Sequence record: DRR378314_1883
Reading direction: 5' to 3' (one strand)
DNA: 20,000 nt
Part shown: in pieces, positions 1 through 7,678 of the stretch
How the letters are laid out: every line of letters begins with the position of its first letter
Position numbering within the stretch: the first letter of the stretch is position 1
Notes under the pieces: model-generated
Seen by the model: the letters and a program-made list of their open reading frames with translations, nothing else
Database searches by the model: none
What the model was told of the DNA's origin: nothing
Made by a program: the position numbers and the translations under genes

Positions 1-1
1 T

Positions 2-325
2 TCTAAAAGAATGGTTATTGAGGAATCCAGTGATAATATGAAAGATTATCTCAACAGTACTTTTGATGCAACTTATGCCAATATAGAATTACGCCCGCTG
101 GGAATATTGGTGAGAATAATCAAAGGTACCATCAATTTTACATGGGTCATTCCATATTATCAATTGGTTATTTACAAAGGTGACTATAGCAGTCTATATG
201 CCCAGGGGCGATTTGTTAGGTTCAGAAAAGATGGGGCATTTGAACAGAGTAAACCTTTTCTACATAAATTGATGAAACAAAAAGCTAAATATGAGTCAAA
301 ATATGATTTTTTAAATTTCAAATGA
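2..325 (+). CDS. Conserved hypothetical protein, probably 5'-truncated by the window edge
   Basis: ORF track 11..325. The frame stays open to the window edge (tct aaa aga atg = S-K-R-M), so the true start is probably upstream. The stop overlaps the next start (ATGA, 322-325), indicating operon coupling. Confidence 0.7.
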   Translation, partial: SKRMVIEESSDNMKDYLNSTFDATYANIELRPLGILVRIIKGTINFTWVIPYYQLVIYKGDYSSLYAQGRFVRFRKDGAFEQSKPFLHKLMKQKAKYESKYDFLNFK

Positions 326-594
326 GTTTGAGCGAAAGGGATATAGACCGTATTATTGAAATGGCCTGGGAAGACAGAACTCCATTTGAAGCCATAAGCT
401 ATCAGTTCTCTATGCGTGAGCAAGAAGTAATTAAGCTTATGCGACGGGAAATGAAACCAAGTAGTTTTAAAATGTGGCGCCAACGCGTTCAAGGGCGGGC
501 CACCAAACATCAAAAATTAAGAACTTTTGTAGAAGGTCGTTTTAAATGTTCTAGACAAAAACAGATTACACATAACTCAATTTCAAAACGATAA
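322..594 (+). CDS. TIGR03643/DUF2805-family small protein
   Basis: Characteristic sequence IDRIIEMAWEDRTPFEAI...EVIKLMR...SFKMWR.RV.GR.TKH recognised from memory of this family. Confidence 0.85.
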   Translation: MSLSERDIDRIIEMAWEDRTPFEAISYQFSMREQEVIKLMRREMKPSSFKMWRQRVQGRATKHQKLRTFVEGRFKCSRQKQITHNSISKR

Positions 595-648
595 AAGTGC
601 TTTGACTTATGGGATGAGTACATAAGTACAGCACACTAAAAAGATATT

Positions 649-1347
649 ATGAATATAGATACCTTAACCCTAAACAAAAAAAACGGACATAAATTAAATG
701 GTTTCACCCATGAGGATATCGGCGACGACCACCTCTATACAGGTTTGGAAACCCCAATGAAACCAGATGCCTTTAAACTTTCGGACACAGAAAAAAAACA
801 ACGTATTGCTTTATTATTTCAGGAGATTATGGATATCATGGGATTGGATCTTACAGATGATTCCCTGAAAGGTACTCCTGAGCGAGTTGCCAAGATGTAT
901 ATCGATGAGATTTTCTCTGGTTTAAATCCGGCAAACAAACCAAAAATAGCATTATTCGATAATAAATATCAGTACAATCAAATGTTGGTGGAAAAGAACA
1001 TTACTTTCTATTCCAACTGCGAACACCACTTTGTACCCATCATTGGAAAAGCACATGTGGCCTATATCTCTTCCGGAAAAGTAATAGGCCTGTCCAAGTT
1101 GAACAGAATTGTACAGTATTATGCCAAAAGGCCACAGGTACAGGAACGCCTTACCAATCAAATCGCAGAGGATTTGAAACGTATTTTAGGCACTGACGAC
1201 GTTGCGGTAATTATAGATGCCAAACACCTTTGTGTGTCATCAAGGGGCATTAAAGATGAAACATCCGCAACCGTAACCTCCTATTATGGAGGTAAATTTA
1301 ACACTCCATCAAAAGTAGCAGAATTACAAAACTATCTTAAAAATTAA
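649..1347 (+). CDS. folE: GTP cyclohydrolase I (FolE, type IA)
   Basis: TPERVAKMY, S-N-CEHH-F-VP, GLSKLNRIV, RPQVQERLT and H-L-C-V-S-SRG motifs, including the Zn ligands. Confidence 0.97.
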   Translation: MNIDTLTLNKKNGHKLNGFTHEDIGDDHLYTGLETPMKPDAFKLSDTEKKQRIALLFQEIMDIMGLDLTDDSLKGTPERVAKMYIDEIFSGLNPANKPKIALFDNKYQYNQMLVEKNITFYSNCEHHFVPIIGKAHVAYISSGKVIGLSKLNRIVQYYAKRPQVQERLTNQIAEDLKRILGTDDVAVIIDAKHLCVSSRGIKDETSATVTSYYGGKFNTPSKVAELQNYLKN

Positions 1348-1351
1348 TCTT

Positions 1352-1582
1352 ATGGACCTCATTAACGAAGCATTGGAATTTGAACAAAGAAAACTAAAAT
1401 CGCTCTCCACCAGCGACAGAATTGAAATTTCGAGGAAAGCAAAAGCGCTAATCCTGGGACTGAATGAAATTTATAAAAGCAAGAAGGATGACAAGATTAT
1501 GGATATCATGAAACGCCTGACCGCCATAAAACGTAAAGTAGAAAAAAGGCTGAAAGGCAAACATTTGGTTACCAATATTTAA
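1352..1582 (+). CDS. Small basic helical hypothetical protein
   Basis: 76-aa ORF packed tightly in the operon (4 nt after folE, 10 nt before the SDR). Confidence 0.75.
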   Translation: MDLINEALEFEQRKLKSLSTSDRIEISRKAKALILGLNEIYKSKKDDKIMDIMKRLTAIKRKVEKRLKGKHLVTNI

Positions 1583-1592
1583 TTCAAAAAAA

Positions 1593-2276
1593 ATGAAGAC
1601 AATAGTCATTGTAGGAGGCAGTAAGGGAATAGGAAAAGCTATTGTTGGTAATTTGGTAGATTCCCATAAAGTAATCAATCTTAGTAGGACGGAACCTGAA
1701 TATACTCACGGAAACCTAACACATTACAATGTTGATATCCTTAAGGATGATTTGCCTGAAATTACCGCACTGGATGCCATAGTGTACTGTCCCGGAAGCA
1801 TCAATCTAAAACCTATTTCGCGTTTAAGTTTGGAAGACTTTAGGGATGATTTTGAAATAAATGTTATTGGTGCCGTCAAGGCCATTCAAAAGTATTTGGA
1901 TGTATTAAAAAAAGGGCAACACCCATCAGTGTTACTTTTTAGCACTGTGGCCTCCAAATTAGGAATGCCGTACCACGCCAGTATTGCCACAGCCAAATCT
2001 GGCGTGGATGGTTTGGTGAAATCCCTAGGTGCCGAATTGGCGCCCACGATACGTATTAATGCCATTGCACCTACGGTTACTGATACCGAATTGGCTTCGA
2101 AACTTCTGCGCAATGAAAAGATGATCGAAAATATTAAAGAACGTCATCCTTTAAAGAAATTCCTAGATCCCAAGGAAGTAGCGGGAATGGCCGAATTTCT
2201 ATTGTCTGAAAAAGCATCCTCGATCTCAGGTCAAATATTTGAAATGGACTATGGAATTGTAACATTTAAAATTTAA
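1593..2276 (+). CDS. SDR-family NAD(P)-dependent oxidoreductase with atypical active site
   Basis: Rossmann GGSKGIG, FST, RINAIAP and ISGQIF.MDYG motifs. The YxxxK position reads IATAK. Confidence 0.9.
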   Translation: MKTIVIVGGSKGIGKAIVGNLVDSHKVINLSRTEPEYTHGNLTHYNVDILKDDLPEITALDAIVYCPGSINLKPISRLSLEDFRDDFEINVIGAVKAIQKYLDVLKKGQHPSVLLFSTVASKLGMPYHASIATAKSGVDGLVKSLGAELAPTIRINAIAPTVTDTELASKLLRNEKMIENIKERHPLKKFLDPKEVAGMAEFLLSEKASSISGQIFEMDYGIVTFKI

Positions 2277-2279
2277 TGT

Positions 2280-2822
2280 ATGAACCCCTTCAAAACATTT
2301 GCCGCAACCTTATTCACCAGTTCCAAACCCAAGGAAAAGATGGATCGGCAATCCATATATGATGTCAAAATAAACAGCCTAAGCGGTGCGCACATAAATT
2401 TGAAAGACTTTGAGGGAAAGTATATCCTTTTTGTAAATGTGGCTTCAAAATGTGGCTTTACCCCCCAATACAAGCAATTACAGGAACTCCAAGATTCCTA
2501 TAAAAACACTCTAGTGGTTATAGGATTGCCCTGTAATCAATTTGGAGGCCAAGAACCAGGTAGCCCTGCAGATATTGAAACATTTTGTGAAGTAAATTAT
2601 GGGGTAAAATTCTTAATGACCGAAAAGATCGATGTTAAAGGAAAAAACCAACACCCCTTATACAGATGGCTTACTAACAAAGATGTAAATGGCCATAAAA
2701 ATTCTACAGTGAAATGGAATTTTCAAAAATATCTAGTGGACGAAATGGGGAATTTAGTCGATTATTTCTTTTCCAACACCAATCCCATGAGTTCTAAAAT
2801 AACTAAATTCTTAATAAAATAA
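2280..2822 (+). CDS. Glutathione peroxidase family protein (Cys-type, probably thioredoxin-dependent)
   Basis: VNVASKCGFTPQY, LPCNQFGGQEP and KWNFQKYL motifs, plus an extra Cys in FCEVNYGV. No in-frame TGA. Confidence 0.95.
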   Translation: MNPFKTFAATLFTSSKPKEKMDRQSIYDVKINSLSGAHINLKDFEGKYILFVNVASKCGFTPQYKQLQELQDSYKNTLVVIGLPCNQFGGQEPGSPADIETFCEVNYGVKFLMTEKIDVKGKNQHPLYRWLTNKDVNGHKNSTVKWNFQKYLVDEMGNLVDYFFSNTNPMSSKITKFLIK

Positions 2823-2824
2823 TC

Positions 2825-2995
2825 ATGTTCGGAATATTCAAAAACAAATCCAAGGAAGAAAAACTTCAAGAAAAATACAATGGACTTATGAAGGAGTGGC
2901 ATACACTTTCCAGCATCAACCGATCTGAAAGCGACAAAAAGTATGCAGAAGCCCAGGAAGTCCTAGAGGAACTAGTGGCCCTGCAAAAAAATTGA
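2825..2995 (+). CDS. Small protein resembling the Lacal_2735 family (56 aa, absent from the ORF track)
   Basis: Hand translation: MFGIFKNKSKEEKLQEKYNGLMKEWHTLSSINRSESDKKYAEAQEVLEELVALQKN*. ATG lies 2 nt after the peroxidase stop. Confidence 0.85.
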   Translation: MFGIFKNKSKEEKLQEKYNGLMKEWHTLSSINRSESDKKYAEAQEVLEELVALQKN

Positions 2996-3360
2996 GTAAA
3001 CTTTTAGGTCAACTATTCACTTCATGCCCTTAAAGCATGGACCACTTCCTCTAACTTGAAATAAACAAAGATAGTTTCCCTTTGAACTACATCCATACCC
3101 TCTTCATACTACAACAGGCCATGAACCAAAAGTCTGTTTTTACTCCTGTATACCAGTTATAGATTACCCTATTGCTGCAGTTAGCTTTTTGCCCCTAAAA
3201 TGACATTGTATCCGTTGCAGGCACAAAAAAAGAAAGTACCATAATACCTTCTACTGCCATTAAAATTTGTTCATTTCCCAAGTCGAAAAAAAGTGTTCCA
3301 CAATCCCGAAAGAACAGTTAAGATTTAACCTCCTAATTCAACTTAGTTTATGCGTTACAA

Positions 3361-3368
3361 TACCTTTG
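3361..3368 (+). promoter_or_regulatory. Candidate Bacteroidota sigma70 -7 element (TACCTTTG) upstream of the DUF5916 gene
   Basis: Exact TAnnTTTG match about 120 nt before the ATG at 3491. No clear -33 TTTG, and an alternative TATCTTTA lies near 3444. Confidence 0.4.
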
Positions 3369-3490
3369 CATTTTCCAACATCTCTGGATGAATCCAATAG
3401 AAATGGGATTGACATGTTATAGAAATAATAGGCATAAATAGTTTATCTTTAGTACATATAGCCCAAAACCAACCATAAAACCGGGAACAA

Positions 3491-5752
3491 ATGAAGTATT
3501 GCTTACATTTGACCTTACTTTTTTTATCTTCCATTATTTATGCCCAAAATCTACCGGGCACAAAATTGAAGATCAAAAAGTTCCATGGCGACATCGTGCT
3601 GGACGGGGTTCTGGATGAAAATGCCTGGAAGGAAGCCGACGTAGCTGATGATTGGTATCAAAACTTTCCGGTAGATAGTTTGCCCTCCCCTTTTCAAACA
3701 GAGGCTCGGATGACTTACAACGACGAGTTTCTATATGTATCCTTTGTATGTTATGACGATGACACGCCAGATGTAGTGAGCACCCTTAGAAGGGATTTTA
3801 GTTACGCCATCAACGATAATGTTTCCTTTATATTTGGACCGTACAATGACCGTTTAAACGGGTATTTCTTTAATGTAACTGCCATAGGGGCTCAGAGAGA
3901 GGGAACTGTATCCAGTGGCGGAAATGGAGAAAACGCCTTCAATATATATTGGGACAATAAGTGGTACTCCAAGGTTGTAAGATACGAGGACAAGTGGATT
4001 GCCGAATTGGCAATCCCGTTCAAAAGTTTTAAATACAAGAGCGATGTTAAGGAATGGAACGTTACTTTTGATCGTTTGGATAAAAAACGGAATATAAAGT
4101 CGGCCTGGGTACGTACACCACGACAATTCTATACCGGTACCTTTGCCTATGCGGGGCAGCTTATTTGGGAGGGTCCTATTCCCAAAGCCAGTTCCAACAT
4201 TTCACTTATCCCTTATATCTCTGGAGGTGCATTCGAAGATAGGGAGGTAGACCCAACAGATTCCTCAACAGAACTACAGACTGGATTCGATGCCAAAGTA
4301 AGCATTAGCCCATCAATGAATTTAGACCTTACGGTGAATCCCGATTTCTCCCAAATAGAAGTTGATGAACAAATACTAAATTTATCAAGGTTCGAATTTA
4401 GGTTCCCGGAACGCAGACAATTTTTCCTAGAAAATAGCGACCTTTTTGACAATGCCGGTTTTGATTCGGCCAGACCCTTTTTCTCCAGACGTATCGGTAT
4501 TATCCAGGATTCTACCGGAATTCCCCAGAAAGTACCTATAATGTATGGGGCTAGACTTAGTGGAACTATAAACGAAAAATGGCGCTTAGGGGTCATGAAT
4601 ATGCATACAAAGAAAATGTTGGAATTGGGATTACCTGCCCAAAACTATACCGTGGCCACGGTTCAAAGAATGTTTCACGAACAATCCAGTTTTTCCATGA
4701 CCTTTGTCAACAAAGAAAGTTTGGGGGTAACGGAAAGTGATTCCCTGAAATATTACCACCCTAGTATTTTTGGCAGACCTACCTTGGAAGATCGCCTTAG
4801 GCCCAACACTTATAATAGGGTCCTTGATGCCGATTTAGTACTGAGAAGTAAGGATAACAGGTGGTACCACAGTTCGTTCCTGGCACAATCCTTCGACAAT
4901 AGAAACAAAGCCAAGACCATGTCCGGTTCAGCCTTCTTTCAATATTCGGACCGTAGTCTTTTGGCTAATTTGGGAGCCTTCTTTGTTGATAAAAACTTTA
5001 ATGCCGAAGTTGGTTATGTACCGGGAAGTATGGTATATCCAGGACAAATGGGCTATTATTCCGAAGTAGCCTACAAAATTTACCCTGAGAACAACAGTTT
5101 ACTTTATTCAGGGCCCCAAGCCAGAATAAATGACACTTATTTACCTAATGGTAATTTGGTAGACAGGGAATTTGCCATAGGCTACGTATTCAATTTTAAA
5201 AATTCTGCAAACCTAACCTTCGATTTAGCCCATATTTTTCAACAATTGACCTTTGATTTTAATCCTGTAAACAATGTGGAATCCAGAAAATTTTTGGAAG
5301 GCGAGGAATATCGTTGGAATACTATTTCTGCTTCCTATCAAAGTAACACGGTGAAGAAAATGAATTTCCTATTAAATTCAACTTATGGCGGATTTTACAA
5401 TGGCACCAATCTAAATATATCCGGGCAGCTGGATATGCGCTTTCAACCCTACGTAAATATTGCCATGCGTTTTGACTATAATAATCTTAAATTGGATGAA
5501 GATTATGGTGAAGCAGAGTTATTTCTTTTAGGACCAAAGTTGGATGTTACCTTTACGGATAAGCTTTTCTTTACGGGTTATTACCAGTACAATAATTTAA
5601 CGGACAACATGAATTTGAATGCTAGGTTTCAATGGCGATATAAACCGGCTTCAGATTTCTATATCGTTTATACCGAAAATTATTTTCCTTCCAATTTTAC
5701 GAGCAAGAATAGGGCTTTGGTATTTAAACTTACCTATTGGATAAATCTTTAA
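3491..5752 (+). CDS. CBM9-like/DOMON sugar-binding domain + DUF5916 outer-membrane protein
   Basis: Sec signal peptide (…IIYAQ), LDGVLDENAW, ELAIPFKS and the TVNPDFSQIEVD…FPERRQFFLE motif. The beta-strand-rich C-terminus ends KLTYWINL. Confidence 0.8.
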   Translation: MKYCLHLTLLFLSSIIYAQNLPGTKLKIKKFHGDIVLDGVLDENAWKEADVADDWYQNFPVDSLPSPFQTEARMTYNDEFLYVSFVCYDDDTPDVVSTLRRDFSYAINDNVSFIFGPYNDRLNGYFFNVTAIGAQREGTVSSGGNGENAFNIYWDNKWYSKVVRYEDKWIAELAIPFKSFKYKSDVKEWNVTFDRLDKKRNIKSAWVRTPRQFYTGTFAYAGQLIWEGPIPKASSNISLIPYISGGAFEDREVDPTDSSTELQTGFDAKVSISPSMNLDLTVNPDFSQIEVDEQILNLSRFEFRFPERRQFFLENSDLFDNAGFDSARPFFSRRIGIIQDSTGIPQKVPIMYGARLSGTINEKWRLGVMNMHTKKMLELGLPAQNYTVATVQRMFHEQSSFSMTFVNKESLGVTESDSLKYYHPSIFGRPTLEDRLRPNTYNRVLDADLVLRSKDNRWYHSSFLAQSFDNRNKAKTMSGSAFFQYSDRSLLANLGAFFVDKNFNAEVGYVPGSMVYPGQMGYYSEVAYKIYPENNSLLYSGPQARINDTYLPNGNLVDREFAIGYVFNFKNSANLTFDLAHIFQQLTFDFNPVNNVESRKFLEGEEYRWNTISASYQSNTVKKMNFLLNSTYGGFYNGTNLNISGQLDMRFQPYVNIAMRFDYNNLKLDEDYGEAELFLLGPKLDVTFTDKLFFTGYYQYNNLTDNMNLNARFQWRYKPASDFYIVYTENYFPSNFTSKNRALVFKLTYWINL

Positions 5753-5773
5753 GCCGCCTATTTTCTTTCTCTA

Positions 5774-6793
5774 TTATTTCCTGCTAAAAATATGATGTTG
5801 GGTTGCTGTAAAATAATCACAGAAAATTTGGTTTAACTTATTGCCTTTTGTACTTGCCTTCACTCCCAAACTTGGAAAGATTTCTATGATATTCCGAGAA
5901 ATTCCTTTCACCGATTGAACTGCTACATTGTGTATTTCTTCCATATAATCCGCCTCAATTGCCCTTTTTTCATCAATCCTTTTCTCAATTTCACTGGCGT
6001 AAGAGAATATTTTTCGATTGGACTCTAGAATAGTCTCTTCCAACGCGTCCAACTTCCGATTGTCTATATCCGCAGAGGCTTCTTCCATTAAATGTTCAGC
6101 TATTCCAATATAATTTATCCATAAAGTTAAATCGGCAAATAGGGCAAAGGGAATTTTAAAAATAGGGTGAGGCAAATAGCAACCATTATAGCCGAAACTA
6201 CAGCTCTTATGGGCCATATAATCTGCAACAGCAAAAGAATGGGTGGCGGTAGCTTTTAGCCCCATGGTATTCCAATCTTCAATTACCTGTACTGCATCTT
6301 TAGGAATTACAAATGACTGCACCCTAGGCGACCCGTCATTATTCCGCAATTTGATCCCGTTTTCCACAATTTCCGCGTTCAATGTGAAATGTGTGAGGTA
6401 GGGAGCGCCAGTGGCATAGCGCCATTTTCCCGAAATTCTGAAATAATCACCAACTATTTCAGCCTTTCCAAAAACTCCTCCACTTCCCCCTAAACAAGGG
6501 GAAACCCCTGTCGTCATAAAAATTTCCTGAGCTTTAATTGGCTGTAAATTGCCTATAAAATAATTGGCCCCACTACATAGTGTGATGGTCCATCCCAAGC
6601 TGGCATCAATCTTGGCCAATTCCCTAAGCCGGGCCAATCCCGCTGTTAGGGATAGTTCCAATCCACCATAAGTTTTAGGGACCCATATGTTCCATAGGTT
6701 TTCATTTATGATCCAATCCAAAACATCTTGTGGAAATACATCGACTTCCCAATTTATTCTACTATGCTTGTGCAGGCTGTCTACTAATGTCAT
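5774..6793 (-). CDS. Acyl-CoA-dehydrogenase-fold protein, probable two-component flavin-dependent monooxygenase (HsaA/HpaH-C2-like oxygenase subunit)
   Basis: VPKTYGGLE, LAKIDASLGW, ISGKWRYATG and DWNTMGLKATATHSF motifs. The C-terminal DYFTATQH is hydroxylase-like and the IYEG motif of true ACADs is absent. Confidence 0.8.
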   Translation of the reverse strand: MTLVDSLHKHSRINWEVDVFPQDVLDWIINENLWNIWVPKTYGGLELSLTAGLARLRELAKIDASLGWTITLCSGANYFIGNLQPIKAQEIFMTTGVSPCLGGSGGVFGKAEIVGDYFRISGKWRYATGAPYLTHFTLNAEIVENGIKLRNNDGSPRVQSFVIPKDAVQVIEDWNTMGLKATATHSFAVADYMAHKSCSFGYNGCYLPHPIFKIPFALFADLTLWINYIGIAEHLMEEASADIDNRKLDALEETILESNRKIFSYASEIEKRIDEKRAIEADYMEEIHNVAVQSVKGISRNIIEIFPSLGVKASTKGNKLNQIFCDYFTATQHHIFSRK

Positions 6794-7364
6794 CTATAAT
6801 TAATTTTCTCCATTTAAAATATCCCGAGGTTCCCACTATAAACAAGAAAATGGTGAGGCCTGCATAAATGTACAGTTCTTTGTAAAAGAGCAAGGGAATT
6901 GAAATTATATTACTAATATTTAAGTAGATCCAATTCTCCATTTTTCTTTTGGCCATGAGCCACATCCCGGCCCAGGCAAAGGCACTAACAGCCGCATCCC
7001 AGATAGGAACATCCGAATTGGTATGAAATCTTAGCCAGTAGACCATAAGTGCAAAACAGGCGATCACAATACCAACTGCCTTTATTTGTTCTGCCTTATT
7101 CGAGTAAGTAATAGGACTTTCTTCTTTTTGACTACCATACTTCCAATAAAGCCAACCGTAGATACTCATAAGCAAATAGTATAGATGAAGTATAATATCC
7201 GCATACAGTTTTGTTTGGTATAGGACCCAAATACCAATTAAAATGGAAACAATTCCAAATAAATAATTATGGATATTATTATTCCTTGCCAATAGCACTT
7301 GGGCTACTCCAAGGACTGTTCCAGTTGCCTGTAACCATGTAAGCTGTGTGAAAAAATTCTCCAT
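6762..7364 (-). CDS. pnuC: PnuC-family vitamin transporter, probably thiamine-related (PnuT-like)
   Basis: LYAD..LHLYY..MSIYGWLYW and AGMWLMAKRKMENW motifs with multiple TM segments. First gene behind a TPP riboswitch. Confidence 0.9.
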   Translation of the reverse strand: MENFFTQLTWLQATGTVLGVAQVLLARNNNIHNYLFGIVSILIGIWVLYQTKLYADIILHLYYLLMSIYGWLYWKYGSQKEESPITYSNKAEQIKAVGIVIACFALMVYWLRFHTNSDVPIWDAAVSAFAWAGMWLMAKRKMENWIYLNISNIISIPLLFYKELYIYAGLTIFLFIVGTSGYFKWRKLIIDDISRQPAQA

Positions 7365-7440
7365 CGATTCCCTAACTTTAATTTATGAAATGGGAAGATG
7401 AAGAAAGTAGTGATTTGCAATGGTGCAACATCGAACTAAA

Positions 7441-7530
7441 ATCCCTACGCCGGCATTATCCGGATCAGGTTCGGAGTTAAAACTCCTGGGTATCATCTCA
7501 GCCTGCCCATATTGGCAAGCACCCCATTTC
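7441..7530 (-). ncRNA. TPP riboswitch (THI element) aptamer
   Basis: Minus strand reads GAAAUGGGGUGCUUGCCAAUAUGGGCAGGCUGAGAUGAUACCC-AGGAGUUUUAACUCC-GAACCUGAUCCGGAUAAUGCCGGCGUAGGGAU. All hallmark motifs are present (GGGGUGC, CUGAGA, ACCC, ACCUGAU, GAUAAU loop, GCGUAGGGA). Confidence 0.97.
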
Positions 7531-7535
7531 AAGGA

Positions 7536-7543
7536 CAAAGCTA
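7536..7543 (-). promoter_or_regulatory. -7 promoter element (TAGCTTTG) driving riboswitch-pnuC-monooxygenase
   Basis: Exact TAnnTTTG match 5 nt upstream of the aptamer 5' end. Confidence 0.75.
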
Positions 7544-7678
7544 AAACTAATTTGCGATTTGCACTCCGTTTTTGGATATGTATTTAAAAAAAAGATTGTT
7601 TAAAGCCGGATAGCCATACTCGAAAGTAAAAGTATAACCATAAAATAGGTCTGTCATCCAGGTTAAGAGGGTGAATAT

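Noticed and set aside
184-2473. Antisense ORFs 184..513, 952..1161, 1448..1678, 1886..2113, 2273..2473
   Set aside because: Shadows of well-supported plus-strand genes with no recognisable motifs.
2280-2822. Selenocysteine glutathione peroxidase
   Set aside because: The active-site codon is TGT (Cys), and there is no in-frame TGA.
2996-3490. Long intergenic region examined for a remnant gene or RNA
   Set aside because: Hand translation of minus-strand frames gave only short unrecognisable ORFs, and I saw no convincing structure.
3854-4596. Antisense ORFs inside the DUF5916 gene
   Set aside because: Shadow ORFs.
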